From Escherichia coli (GTDB taxonomy: Bacteria; Pseudomonadota; Gammaproteobacteria; Enterobacterales; Enterobacteriaceae), in the NCBI RefSeq assembly GCF_013122565.1, contig NZ_CP053258.1: DNA of 64,000 nucleotides, one strand, 5' to 3'. The notes beneath the pieces are model-generated. The model was not told where the DNA came from and did not search any database. It saw nothing but the letters and a program-made list of their open reading frames with translations. The first letter of the stretch is position 1. Each line of letters starts with the position of its first letter. The translations under genes and the position numbers were made by a program. This document shows, in pieces, positions 1-11,398 of the stretch.

Positions 1-656
1 GTTTGCAAGGTCTGTACTGCGTTGCTTAAGCCGCCAGCGGCATGTACCACGCCAATAAGCAGCACAACGGTGCCAATCAGCATCACAAGCCCTTGCATGG
101 TGTCGTTCAGCACACTGGCGCGAAAGCCGCCAAAGGCGGTATACAACGCAATGCTGATACCAAAAATCAGCAGCCCGGTTTCATAAGGAATACCCGCCGC
201 GGTTTCCAGCAGGCGCGCACCGCCGATAAACTGCACGGTCATCGCACCAACGAACGCAACCAGCAAACTCAAACTCGCCAGCCACACCAGAAGACGACTC
301 TGGTAGCGGGCAAATAGCATATCGTTCAGCGTTACCGCATTGTAGCGACGCGCGAGAATCGCGAACTTCTTGCCGAGAATACCGAGCGAAAGCCAGACTG
401 CAGGAAGCTGAATCATCGCCAGCAATACCCAACCCAGCCCGTATTTATAAGCAGCTCCAGGCCCGCCGATAAACGAACTGGCACTGATATAGGTCGCGGT
501 GAGCGTCATCGCCAGCACAATACCGCCCATAGAGCGGCTGCCGAGGAAATACTCATTAAGGAAGGTGCCGGTGCTCCGTTTACGCATCGCATAAACAGAG
601 ATACCGAACACCACCACCAGATAGGCGACCAGCGGTAGAATTACTTCAAGCTGCAT
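1..656 (-). CDS. panF: Sodium/pantothenate symporter PanF, N-terminal part (gene continues past window start)
   Basis: Minus-strand translation from ATG at 654..656 gives MQLEVILPLVAYLVVVFGISVYAMRK..., an SSS-family transporter N-terminus; start overlaps yhdT 3' end; alternative in-frame ATG at 660..662. Not in ORF track because it runs off the edge. Confidence 0.9.
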   Translation of the reverse strand, partial: MQLEVILPLVAYLVVVFGISVYAMRKRSTGTFLNEYFLGSRSMGGIVLAMTLTATYISASSFIGGPGAAYKYGLGWVLLAMIQLPAVWLSLGILGKKFAILARRYNAVTLNDMLFARYQSRLLVWLASLSLLVAFVGAMTVQFIGGARLLETAAGIPYETGLLIFGISIALYTAFGGFRASVLNDTMQGLVMLIGTVVLLIGVVHAAGGLSNAVQTLQ

Positions 657-888
657 CGTCATCCTCCAGCGGGATATCGCGATAGATAAATCTCACCATC
701 GCCCAGCACAGGCCAATAAACAGCAGCGGCGTCAGAATGCAGGCCATCTCAAACCAGCGCGGAAAGCCGGTAAAACCGGGAGCAACGCCAGGTAAGTAAG
801 CGGCTACTAACCATACCGCCAGATACAAAAGGGTTAGCCCCAGCGCCCAGCGCGCCTCTTTATGAGCCTGAACAAAACGTGTGTCCAC
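646..888 (-). CDS. yhdT: Small inner-membrane protein YhdT (DUF997)
   Basis: 80-aa ORF with two hydrophobic segments; GTG start with GAGGAGG RBS upstream; overlaps panF start as in the yhdT-panF operon. Confidence 0.85.
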   Translation of the reverse strand: MDTRFVQAHKEARWALGLTLLYLAVWLVAAYLPGVAPGFTGFPRWFEMACILTPLLFIGLCWAMVRFIYRDIPLEDDDAA

Positions 889-980
889 GGAAGGTTTCCT
901 CCTCTCGGGGGGATACGAGAAACGGGCAATTCTACGGCAACTCTTCAGGCAGGGAAAATAATCTGACAGAAAATTGCCGT

Positions 981-1937
981 TCAGTGCTGCTGCAAAAAGT
1001 CTTCAATGTCAGCCAGTGAGGATATCCCTTCCATCGGACCTTGCCGCATTACGGCGAGCGCGCCGCTGGCATTTGCATATTGCAGTGCCTTATGTGCCGG
1101 GAAACCGGATAAGAAAAGAGTGATAAACGTTGCGCCAAAGCAGTCGCCTGCACCCGTTGGATCGATAATTTCGATATCGTGGCCTGTAACATGCTGGGCG
1201 TGTAATGTACCGTTTTTAAGCTTGTAATAGCTGGCCCCACGCTGGGCGCGTTTTATCGCCACATGTTTTACGCCGCCGTGGAGAAGATCGCTAACAATCT
1301 GTTCTTCTGACAGATTTTTGTGACGCGCGAAGAAAGGGAGTTCGCTTTCGCTGGGGATAAAAATATCCGTATATTCAATTAAATAATCGAGGGCCTGCGC
1401 CATTTCAGGAATGCTCAGCATCTCTTTGCGAATATTGGGATCGAAAGAAACGGTGCCGCCAGCCGATTTGATCGTCGTTATTGCTTTACGCATGACATCG
1501 ATCATGCGAAATGAGAACAACGATGAGCCCACAATATGGAGATGGTTACACTGTTTTAGCAGATCCTTATCAATGTGCTCAGCAGTAAACAAACCGCAGG
1601 CGCTGTTAGGGATATTAAAGACGAAATCCCGCTGCTGGGGATTTTGATAACTCACGAACGCCGTACCTGTGACGGCATTGTTCATAACATGGATCCCATC
1701 GGTAATGACACCTTCATGGCGGAGACGCTCTATAATGAGTCGGCCAAAATCATCATTACCAACACATCCAAAGAAGATGGCCCGATGGGACAGTTTTGCC
1801 ACCTGAGCAGCAAAAATTGCTGGCGCACCGCTGGGAAATGGCCCGATAAACTCCCCAGGCTGAGTGAATTTTTGATGTGGGTTGCGGGACAAAAACTCGG
1901 CCAGCAATTCGCCCATAGCGCAGATAGTTATTGTCAC
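981..1937 (-). CDS. PfkB-family carbohydrate kinase (island kinase 1)
   Basis: ORF 981..1991; probable GTG start at 1937 preceded by GAGAGGGG RBS (longest ORF would overlap the upstream regulator). Clear paralog of the kinase at 7472..8434 (shared blocks GPxPSGAPAIF, FDPNIRKEMLxIPEM, DPTGAGDCFG, ALQYANAxGALAVxRxGPMEG). Confidence 0.8.
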   Translation of the reverse strand: MTITICAMGELLAEFLSRNPHQKFTQPGEFIGPFPSGAPAIFAAQVAKLSHRAIFFGCVGNDDFGRLIIERLRHEGVITDGIHVMNNAVTGTAFVSYQNPQQRDFVFNIPNSACGLFTAEHIDKDLLKQCNHLHIVGSSLFSFRMIDVMRKAITTIKSAGGTVSFDPNIRKEMLSIPEMAQALDYLIEYTDIFIPSESELPFFARHKNLSEEQIVSDLLHGGVKHVAIKRAQRGASYYKLKNGTLHAQHVTGHDIEIIDPTGAGDCFGATFITLFLSGFPAHKALQYANASGALAVMRQGPMEGISSLADIEDFLQQH

Positions 1938-1947
1938 AAAACCCCTC

Positions 1948-2778
1948 TCATTCCTGAAGCCTTTCGCGATTGGACCAGGTAAAGCACTCATTACTGGTAT
2001 AAAGGATAACGAAATCAGCCGACTGCAATTGTTGCTGATATTGTTCGTTAATGCTGCGGCTGACGATCACATTTTCTGCCTGATGCAAATGCCCGATAGC
2101 AGCCGTTGATGGCGCAGGGTCGGCGGCAACGATAACTGTCTTATTCTGGGCATGATCGAAACAGAGCTGCCAGGCAGCGGCAAGTCTGGGAACGTTGATA
2201 TTTAAGGTACCATCAGCATCCAGAAGGCTGATTTCCAGAATGCTGTGTGTAATGGTGAAATGCTGAAGTGCCTGTTCGAGCGGTTTTCCGGCCAGTGCGG
2301 TGTCGGGGCGCAGCATTTCACTGCCAGCCAGTATTATTTCGCCATCAATAAACTGATTTGCCAGCAGCGCATGTTCGGGATCGTTGGTGATCAGACGCAG
2401 TTTTTTCACTTCGCTGAGCAAGGGAATGATCTTACGGCAGATTGTTCCATGTCCAAGAAATAGCGTGTCACGGTCGCGAATTAGCCGTGCGCAATGTCGT
2501 GCTATTTCCATTTGTTGTGCCAGAGACAATGGCGCGATCGGTTGTATCGCTTCTGGTTCAGAGGAGAGTGGTGTCGCAATAGCACCGCCAAATGATCGCT
2601 TTAAATATCCCTGTTGCTCCAGATAACTGAGATCGCCGCGGATCGTCACGCCAGAGACACCAAGTTGCGCAGATAAGTCATCAACTTTGATTTCACCCTG
2701 GGCGGCAACAATTTCTGCAATTTTTAATCTGCGTTTCAGTAGGTTAGACGATTTTCTCGGCACGTTAACACTCTTCAT
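1948..2778 (-). CDS. DeoR-family transcriptional regulator (HTH plus sugar-phosphate-binding domain)
   Basis: 276-aa ORF; N-terminal DeoR-type HTH (IAEIVAAQGEIKVDDLSAQLGVSGVTIRGDLSYLEQQGYLKR) followed by a DeoR C-terminal-like domain; directly upstream of kinase 1 on the same strand. Confidence 0.8.
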   Translation of the reverse strand: MKSVNVPRKSSNLLKRRLKIAEIVAAQGEIKVDDLSAQLGVSGVTIRGDLSYLEQQGYLKRSFGGAIATPLSSEPEAIQPIAPLSLAQQMEIARHCARLIRDRDTLFLGHGTICRKIIPLLSEVKKLRLITNDPEHALLANQFIDGEIILAGSEMLRPDTALAGKPLEQALQHFTITHSILEISLLDADGTLNINVPRLAAAWQLCFDHAQNKTVIVAADPAPSTAAIGHLHQAENVIVSRSINEQYQQQLQSADFVILYTSNECFTWSNRERLQE

Positions 2779-3974
<1,196 letters not shown>

Positions 3975-4009
3975 GACGTTGTACCCTACAAAAACAATGA
4001 GGATTGTTT

Positions 4010-4900
4010 ATGAAAAATATTAAATTACTTGGTTCAGCTATGTTGGTGAGCCTGGCATTGTTCTCGCAAAGTTCGTTGGCAAAAGAGTATAAAATTGGTG
4101 CGTCATTATTAACACAGCAACATCCTTTCTATATTGATCTTGCGAATGCCATGAAAGAAGAGGCAAAAAAAGACAATGTCAATTTAAGTGTCTCTATTGC
4201 CAATCAGGATTTAAACAAACAACTTTCTGATGTTGAGGATTTTATTACTAAAAAAGTGGATGCCATTATTATCTCTCCGGTCGATTCGAAAGGCGTCCAG
4301 GCGGCGATAATTAAAGCCGATAAGGCCGGTATTCCCGTTATCACCGTCGACGTCGCTGCGGAAGGCGTTCCGGTCGTATCGCATGTTGCGACCGATAACT
4401 ATGCGGGAGGCGTTGAAGCAGGCAAGTTAATGGGCAAACTTTTGAATGGTAAAGGTACTGTAGCCATTATTTCTTATCCGGCACTACAGTCGGTAGTTGC
4501 GCGCGTTGATGGTTTTAAGAAAGGGTTAAGCGATACTCCGGATATTAAAATTGTTGCTGAACAGCCTGGTATTACGCGGGCTGAAGCGTTAACGACTGCG
4601 CAAAACATTATGCAGGCAAATGCCAACCTGAATGGTCTGTTTGGCTTTGGTGATGATGCGGCGCTGGCAGCGGTTATCGCAGCGAAATCTGCGCATAACG
4701 ACAACATCAAAATCATTGGTTTTGACGGCATGAAAGAAGCGCGTGATGCCGTTGACAGTGAAAAAACGTTTGCGGCCGTGATTCGGCAATATCCCGATAA
4801 AATGGGTGCTAAAGCCATTGATGCCGCTGTTGATCACCTCAATGGTAAACCGGTAGAAAAAATGATCCCGGTACAACCCGGCGTTTATACAGGTAAATAG
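4010..4900 (+). CDS. Periplasmic sugar-binding protein of an ABC transporter (RbsB/PBP type-1 family)
   Basis: ATG at 4010 with GAGGA RBS (track ORF starts at TTG 4004); N-terminal signal peptide (LLGSAMLVSLALFSQSSLA); periplasmic-binding-protein type-1 fold signature by eye. Confidence 0.8.
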   Translation: MKNIKLLGSAMLVSLALFSQSSLAKEYKIGASLLTQQHPFYIDLANAMKEEAKKDNVNLSVSIANQDLNKQLSDVEDFITKKVDAIIISPVDSKGVQAAIIKADKAGIPVITVDVAAEGVPVVSHVATDNYAGGVEAGKLMGKLLNGKGTVAIISYPALQSVVARVDGFKKGLSDTPDIKIVAEQPGITRAEALTTAQNIMQANANLNGLFGFGDDAALAAVIAAKSAHNDNIKIIGFDGMKEARDAVDSEKTFAAVIRQYPDKMGAKAIDAAVDHLNGKPVEKMIPVQPGVYTGK

Positions 4901-4960
4901 TAAACATCTTCACCTCACAACAAAACGTTATTGGCGTTTTGTTGTGACACCGAGGTCATT

Positions 4961-6460
4961 ATGACGGATGTTATTCTTGATGTTTCGCATATTGCGAAGA
5001 CATTTGGTCATGTTCAGGCATTAAAAGATATTACCCTCTCTTTACGTAAAGGGCGGGTGCATACTTTATTAGGCGAGAATGGTGCCGGTAAATCGACATT
5101 AATGAAAATACTGGCCGGTGTTTATCCGCCAACCCAGGGAACGATAACACTACGTGGTGAAACCATCACCATTAATAATCCGCAGCATTCACGCCAGTTA
5201 GGGATTGCGATTATTTTTCAGGAACTGAGCCTGAGTAATAATATGACCGTGGCGGAAAATATTTATGCCAATAATGAACCGCGACGTTTTGGCATTATTA
5301 ACGATAAAAAAATGCTCGCAGATTGTCAGAATCTCCTTGCGGAACTGGGCATCCCACTGGATCCGCTAGAAATGGTCGGCAATATGTCGATGGCACATAG
5401 GCAACTGGTAGAAATTGCCAAAGCCTTAAGCTATGCAGCGGATGTCGTGATTATGGATGAACCGACATCTTCGCTAAGTGATAATGAAGCGGAGATTCTG
5501 TTTAACATTATTGAAAAATTAAAGCAGCGAGGCTGTGCGGTTATTTATATCTCTCATCGCATGGATGAAATTATGCGGATTTCAGATGATATTTCGGTGA
5601 TCCGCGACGGTGAGTATATCTCTACGCATGAAAAGAAAAACAGTGATATCCAGCATTTGATTGCCCAAATGGTTGGTCGGGAAATGAAAAATATTTGGCC
5701 AGCGCGTCTTGGGGAAAAACCGAATGAAAATGTTCCTGCAAAACTGGAAGTAAAAAATCTTTCCCATCCTTCGCTTTTTAAAGAGGTCAGTTTCGCTGTG
5801 CGTCCGGGGGAAGTCCTCGGATTTTTTGGCCTGGTGGGGGCCGGGCGTTCCGATGTGATGAAGGCGCTCTTTGGCCTCGTTTCGTATCACGGGACTGTGT
5901 TGATTGATGGTGAGGAAGTCAGGATCGCTAATCCTAAACAGGCTATTGATCATGACATTGCTTTTGTGACCGAAAACCGCAAGGAAGAAGGGTTAGTACT
6001 GATGCACGACGTCAATATGAACACGCACCATGTAGCGTTTCAATATAACGCTTCGCGGATGGGACTCATCAATCACCGACAAGAAGAGGCGAAGACGCTG
6101 CAATCAATTGCCAGAATGAACACTAAAGTGAGTTCTGTACATCAGGCAGTGGGAGCGCTGAGCGGCGGTAATCAACAGAAAATCGTGTTATCGAAGTGGC
6201 TGGAGAAAACTCCGCGTATTTTATTGCTCGATGAGCCAACGCGCGGAGTGGATGTAGGCGCAAAATTTGAAATCTATAACGTGATTCGTCAACTGGCTGC
6301 GGCAGGGACAGCAATTATTCTGGTGTCCTCTGAACTGCCAGAAGTCATGGCACTTAGCGATCGTCTGGTGGTAATGCGTAATAAAACGATTGCCGATATT
6401 TATTCATGTGAAAATTTAACGCAGACACAGGTAATGACCGCTGCAACAGGAGTACGTTAA
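4961..6460 (+). CDS. ABC transporter ATP-binding protein with duplicated ABC domains (RbsA/MglA-like)
   Basis: Walker A GENGAGKST, ABC signature LSGGNQQK, second Walker-A-like GLVGAGRS; ATG 4961 preceded by GAGG; about 499 aa, typical of sugar-importer ATPases. Confidence 0.85.
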   Translation: MTDVILDVSHIAKTFGHVQALKDITLSLRKGRVHTLLGENGAGKSTLMKILAGVYPPTQGTITLRGETITINNPQHSRQLGIAIIFQELSLSNNMTVAENIYANNEPRRFGIINDKKMLADCQNLLAELGIPLDPLEMVGNMSMAHRQLVEIAKALSYAADVVIMDEPTSSLSDNEAEILFNIIEKLKQRGCAVIYISHRMDEIMRISDDISVIRDGEYISTHEKKNSDIQHLIAQMVGREMKNIWPARLGEKPNENVPAKLEVKNLSHPSLFKEVSFAVRPGEVLGFFGLVGAGRSDVMKALFGLVSYHGTVLIDGEEVRIANPKQAIDHDIAFVTENRKEEGLVLMHDVNMNTHHVAFQYNASRMGLINHRQEEAKTLQSIARMNTKVSSVHQAVGALSGGNQQKIVLSKWLEKTPRILLLDEPTRGVDVGAKFEIYNVIRQLAAAGTAIILVSSELPEVMALSDRLVVMRNKTIADIYSCENLTQTQVMTAATGVR

Positions 6461-7450
6461 ATGACAGAGAAAACTCTTGCCAGTCCGAAACCTTCGGAAA
6501 TTCCCATTGCAAATAATTTTAAAAAAGTCTTCAGGCAATATGGCGGTATCCTCAGTGGAATGGTGGTGTTAATCATTCTGTTCAGTTTTATTAATGACAG
6601 TTTTTTTACCGCCAATAACATTACTAATATTATTCTTCAGGTTTCGATAATTGCAATTACCGCCTATGGAATGACTTATGTACTTTTGCTTGGCGATATT
6701 GATTTATCGGTCGGTTCAACCATTGCATTGATTGGCACATTTGCTGCGCTTGGGGCTTCATGGGGAATTCCATTTATTTTATTGGTCCCATTATCCATTA
6801 TTGCAGCACTGGCTCTGGGGATGATAAATGGTGGCTTGACGGCTATAGCGGGGATCCCCTCGTTTATTGTCACCGTTGCTACTATGGGGATCTTCCGTGG
6901 TATCGCTTATATCGTGACCGATGGTATGCCCATCATGATTAAAGATGATGCCTTTCTGGCGCTGGGGAATGGAGAATTTCTCTATATACCTATTCCTATC
7001 TGGATATTAATCATCTTATTGCTGATTAACCATTTCATTCTTACTAAAACAACCTTTGGACGAAAAATTTATATCACTGGTGGTAATAAAGAAGCGGCAG
7101 TTTATTCAGGGATAAATGTCACCCGCTTGAAAATTAAAGTCTTTATGATCACAGCCGTGCTGGCAGGTATCAGCGGGATGATCCTCGCCTCACGCCTCTA
7201 TTCCGGGCAACCGAATTCCGCGTTGAGCTACGAACTGGATGCTATTGCTGCGGCTGTACTGGGAGGCACCAGCCTGAACGGTGGCTATGGAACCGTGGTG
7301 GGGACGGTGATCGGCGCATTAACCATCGGCGTTATCAATAATGGCATGAACTTAATGAATGTTCCCTATTTTTACCAGATGGTGGTTAAAGGATTAGTCA
7401 TTCTTGTAGCCGTTTATTTTGACGTAAGAAATAAAAGAAAACGCAGCTAA
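6461..7450 (+). CDS. ABC transporter permease (RbsC-like)
   Basis: 329-aa highly hydrophobic multi-TM ORF; ATG immediately follows the ATPase stop (translational coupling). Confidence 0.8.
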   Translation: MTEKTLASPKPSEIPIANNFKKVFRQYGGILSGMVVLIILFSFINDSFFTANNITNIILQVSIIAITAYGMTYVLLLGDIDLSVGSTIALIGTFAALGASWGIPFILLVPLSIIAALALGMINGGLTAIAGIPSFIVTVATMGIFRGIAYIVTDGMPIMIKDDAFLALGNGEFLYIPIPIWILIILLLINHFILTKTTFGRKIYITGGNKEAAVYSGINVTRLKIKVFMITAVLAGISGMILASRLYSGQPNSALSYELDAIAAAVLGGTSLNGGYGTVVGTVIGALTIGVINNGMNLMNVPYFYQMVVKGLVILVAVYFDVRNKRKRS

Positions 7451-7471
7451 TCATTTCAAGGAATTAATCAT

Positions 7472-8434
7472 ATGAGTAAGGTCTTCACAATTGGAGAAAT
7501 TCTGGTTGAAATTATGGCGAGTAAAATCGGCCAGCCATTTGATCAACCAGGTATCTGGAACGGCCCTTATCCCAGTGGTGCGCCCGCTATTTTTATCGAC
7601 CAGGTGACACGTCTTGGCGTTCCGTGCGGCATCATTAGCTGTGTGGGGAATGATGGCTTTGGTGATATTAATATACATCGTCTGGCTGCTGACGGTGTGG
7701 ATATCAGGGGGATTTCAGTCTTACCTCTGGAAGCCACCGGGAGTGCCTTTGTTACTTATCATAACTCTGGCGATCGCGATTTTATTTTTAATATTAAGAA
7801 TGCCGCTTGCGGTAAATTATCGGCACAGCATGTTGATGAAAATATTCTGAAGGACTGTACCCATTTTCATATTATGGGCTCATCCCTGTTTTCGTTTCAT
7901 ATGGTAGACGCAGTAAAAAAAGCGGTAACCATCGTTAAAGCAAATGGTGGCGTTATTTCTTTCGACCCTAATATTCGAAAAGAGATGCTCGATATTCCAG
8001 AAATGCGTGACGCCCTTCACTTTGTTCTTGAGTTAACGGATATCTATATGCCCAGCGAGGGCGAAGTGTTGCTCTTGTCGCCACATTCGACGCCGGAGCG
8101 TGCAATCGCTGGTTTTCTTGAAGAAGGTGTTAAAGAGGTGATTGTGAAGCGCGGCAATCAAGGTGCCAGTTACTACTCCGCGAATGAGCAGTTTCATGTG
8201 AAGAGCTATCCGGTGGAAGAAGTTGACCCGACCGGTGCGGGAGACTGCTTTGGTGGCGCGTGGATTGCCTGCCGCCAGCTAGGGTTTGACGCCCATCGGG
8301 CATTACAATATGCCAACGCCTGCGGTGCACTGGCGGTAACCCGACGTGGCCCAATGGAGGGAACGTCTCGCCTTGCGGAAATCGAAGCGTTCATCCAGCG
8401 CCATGACATGTCCATTCGGGAAGCAGCACAATGA
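7472..8434 (+). CDS. PfkB-family carbohydrate kinase (island kinase 2)
   Basis: 320-aa ORF with PfkB motifs (DPTGAGDCFG, GG..N region); AAGGA RBS; paralog of kinase 1. Confidence 0.85.
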   Translation: MSKVFTIGEILVEIMASKIGQPFDQPGIWNGPYPSGAPAIFIDQVTRLGVPCGIISCVGNDGFGDINIHRLAADGVDIRGISVLPLEATGSAFVTYHNSGDRDFIFNIKNAACGKLSAQHVDENILKDCTHFHIMGSSLFSFHMVDAVKKAVTIVKANGGVISFDPNIRKEMLDIPEMRDALHFVLELTDIYMPSEGEVLLLSPHSTPERAIAGFLEEGVKEVIVKRGNQGASYYSANEQFHVKSYPVEEVDPTGAGDCFGGAWIACRQLGFDAHRALQYANACGALAVTRRGPMEGTSRLAEIEAFIQRHDMSIREAAQ

Positions 8435-9477
8435 AAAACGAAATTTGGTCGTGGATTGGCGATCTCTCGCAGGTTGCCGGAATTAAACACTATGAGTTAC
8501 GTAGTGGCAGAGCAAAGGGTACAGAAGCATTTGATGTCCGTACTGGTGCGGGACTGGCATTTACGGTGGTAAAAGATCGCGCGCTGGATATTGCATGGGC
8601 CAGCTACAAGGACACGGCGCTCTCTTTTATCACCCCCAACGGCATTGTCGCCCCCGCTTTTTTTGAGTCTCAGGGCAACGGATTTTTACGTAGCTTTTAC
8701 GCGGGGTTACTGACTACCTGCGGACTTAGCTACATTGGCACGCCCTGTGAGGATGAAGGAGAAACGCTGGGGTTACACGGGCGTTTGGCTGCGACTCCAG
8801 CAGAAGAGGTGGGGTATCGCACAGAACGGACCGACGACGGCATTGAATTTGTCATCAATGGCAAAGTACGGGAAACGCGATTGTTCGGTGAAAATCTGAC
8901 GCTGGAAAGGACCATTCGCTGCCGTTATGGCGAAAATGTGCTGCGCATTGAAGACAAGGTGACTAATCATGGTTTCACCCGCCAGCCGCTGCAAATTCTT
9001 TATCACTTTAATTACGGCTGGCCTTTATTATCGCCACAGGCAGAAATCTTGCTGTCGGCTAAAAGCGTAACGCCACGAACTCCGCATGCGGCGGAAGGGT
9101 TAACCAGTCATCTGGAGATTTGTACCCCACAGCCCGGTTTTGACGAGCAGGTTTACTATCTCACGTTGAATAGCGACAGTCAGGGGATGAGTAAAGTTGC
9201 GCTGGTGAACGCCGAACTGGGGTGGGGAATTTACGAGAAATTCGACACCATGCAGCTACCCAACTTTATCCAGTGGAAAAATTTAGGCGCGGGTGAATAT
9301 GTTATGGGACTGGAGGTCAGTAATAGTTTTCCTGACGGTCGTGATAAAGAACGAGCGCAGGGGCGTCTGCCCTTTATTGAGCCAGGGGAAACAAAGAAAT
9401 ACTGCTTTGAGCTGGGAATTGTTGATGGTGATGCTGAAATTAGCGCGTTGAAAGCGGAAATTGCAGGCTACCGTTAG
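8431..9477 (+). CDS. Conserved protein of unknown function, possibly aldose-epimerase-like fold (unverified)
   Basis: 348-aa ORF whose ATG overlaps the kinase 2 stop (ATGA), last gene of the + strand island operon; no transmembrane or signal features; family assignment is from memory only. Confidence 0.6.
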   Translation: MKNEIWSWIGDLSQVAGIKHYELRSGRAKGTEAFDVRTGAGLAFTVVKDRALDIAWASYKDTALSFITPNGIVAPAFFESQGNGFLRSFYAGLLTTCGLSYIGTPCEDEGETLGLHGRLAATPAEEVGYRTERTDDGIEFVINGKVRETRLFGENLTLERTIRCRYGENVLRIEDKVTNHGFTRQPLQILYHFNYGWPLLSPQAEILLSAKSVTPRTPHAAEGLTSHLEICTPQPGFDEQVYYLTLNSDSQGMSKVALVNAELGWGIYEKFDTMQLPNFIQWKNLGAGEYVMGLEVSNSFPDGRDKERAQGRLPFIEPGETKKYCFELGIVDGDAEISALKAEIAGYR

Positions 9478-9485
9478 CTAACGGC

Positions 9486-9521
9486 AATAAAAACGCCGGG
9501 CAGCGTTAACAGGCCCGGCGT
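9486..9521 (-). terminator. Rho-independent terminator downstream of accC (minus strand)
   Basis: GC stem CGCCGGGC / GCCCGGCG (9494..9501 and 9513..9520) followed on the minus strand by TTTTTATT; lies between accC and the island. Confidence 0.6.
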
Positions 9522-9567
9522 TGATTACGTTCTTTGCTAAGCGCGATGAACCACCGCGCGTCACAAA

Positions 9568-10917
9568 TTATTTTTCCTGAAGACCGAGTTTTTTCTCCAG
9601 ATAGTGGATGTTAGTGCCACCATGCTGGAAGTTCTCGTCATTCATGATGCGGATCTGCAGATCAACGTTGGTTTTGATACCGTCGATGATCAGCTCCTGC
9701 AGCGCATTCTTCATGCGGGCAATCGCCACGTCACGGTTTTCACCGTAGCAAATCAGCTTACCGATCATTGAGTCATAGTACGGCGGTACGGTGTAGCCCG
9801 CGTAGATATGAGACTCCCAACGTACGCCAAAACCGCCAGGTGCGTGGAAACGGGTGATTTTGCCCGGGCTTGGCAGGAAGGTGTTCGGATCTTCGGCGTT
9901 GATACGACATTCCACCGCATGGCCGCGAACGTGAACTTCTTCTTGCTTGATCGACAGCGGTTGACCGGCAGCGATACGCAGCTGTTCTTTGATCAGGTCA
10001 ACGCCGGTGATCATTTCTGTAACCGGGTGTTCTACCTGAATACGGGTGTTCATTTCGATGAAATAGAACTCGCCGTTTTCGAACAGGAACTCGAAAGTAC
10101 CTGCACCGCGATAGCCGATATCAACACACGCTTTAGCGCAACGTTCGCCGATGTAGCGACGCAGTTCCGGGGTAATGCCCGGTGCTGGTGCTTCTTCGAC
10201 CACTTTCTGGTGGCGGCGCTGCATGGAGCAGTCACGTTCCGCCAGATAGATAGCGTTGCCCTGACCGTCAGCCAGTACCTGAATCTCGACGTGGCGAGGA
10301 TTTTCCAGGTATTTCTCCATGTAAACCATATCGTTGCTGAAAGCAGCTTTCGCTTCCGCACGGGTCATGGAGATGGATTGTGCCAGTTCAGCGTCGCCGC
10401 GCACTACGCGCATACCGCGACCACCGCCGCCGCCGGAGGCTTTGATAATCACCGGATAACCAATGCGTTTAGCAATGGCACGGTTTTTATCCATATCGTC
10501 GCCCAGCGGGCCGTCAGAACCCGGTACGCAAGGGACGCCCGCTTTTTTCATCGCCGCGATTGCGGATACTTTGTCGCCCATCAGGCGAATGGTTTCTGCT
10601 TTCGGGCCAATGAAGATAAAGCCGGAGCGTTCAACCTGCTCTGCAAAGTTGGCGTTCTCGGAGAGGAAGCCGTAACCCGGATGGATTGCTACTGCGCCGG
10701 TGATTTCAGCGGCGCTGATGATTGCCGGGATGTTCAGATAACTTTTTACTGACGGAGCAGGGCCAATACAGACCGTTTCATCTGCCAGTAATACGTGTTT
10801 TAGATCGCGATCCGCGCTGGAGTGCACAGCGACAGTCTTGATGCCCAGTTCTTTACAGGCACGAAGAATACGCAATGCAATCTCGCCGCGGTTGGCAATA
10901 ACAATTTTATCCAGCAT
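9568..10917 (-). CDS. accC: Biotin carboxylase subunit of acetyl-CoA carboxylase
   Basis: 449-aa product [27 protein letters not shown]... recognisable as AccC; track ORF extends 13 codons upstream. Confidence 0.95.
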
Positions 10918-10927
10918 GTTCGCCTCG

Positions 10928-11398
10928 TTACTCGATGACGACCAGCGGCTCGTCAAATTCTACCGGTTGTCCACTTTCGACCAGAATTGCTTTCACGGTA
11001 CCGGATTTGTCCGCTTCGATCTGGTTCATCATTTTCATGGCTTCAACGATGCACAGGGTATCGCCCACGTTGACTTTCTGACCCACTTCGATGAACGCTT
11101 TTGCGTCCGGGCTTGGGGTGCGGTAGAAAGTACCAACCATCGGGGAGCGTACGATGTGACCACTGATTTCCGCTGCTGCTGGCGCTTCCATGGAAGGAAC
11201 GGTCGCCGGAGCGGCTGCGTTAGATTGAGCTGGCTGCTGCATCATTGGTGCAGCGTAAGCTTGTTGCATCACAGGGAAACTTGCGGCAGGAGCTGCACGG
11301 CTAATGCGTACTGACTCTTCGCCTTCAGAAATTTCCAGTTCGGAGATGCCTGATTCTTCAACCAGCTCGATCAGTTTTTTAATCTTACGAATATCCAT
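10928..11398 (-). CDS. accB: Biotin carboxyl carrier protein (BCCP)
   Basis: 156-aa product with Ala/Pro-rich linker and the biotinylation motif EAMKMMN. Confidence 0.95.

Noticed and set aside
42-432. Short plus and minus ORFs (91 aa and 83 aa) at the window start
   Set aside because: Both lie within or antisense to the panF coding region, which translates as a recognisable transporter on the minus strand.
9808-10752. 314-aa plus-strand ORF opposite accC
   Set aside because: Antisense shadow ORF within the highly conserved accC; no RBS and no family resemblance.
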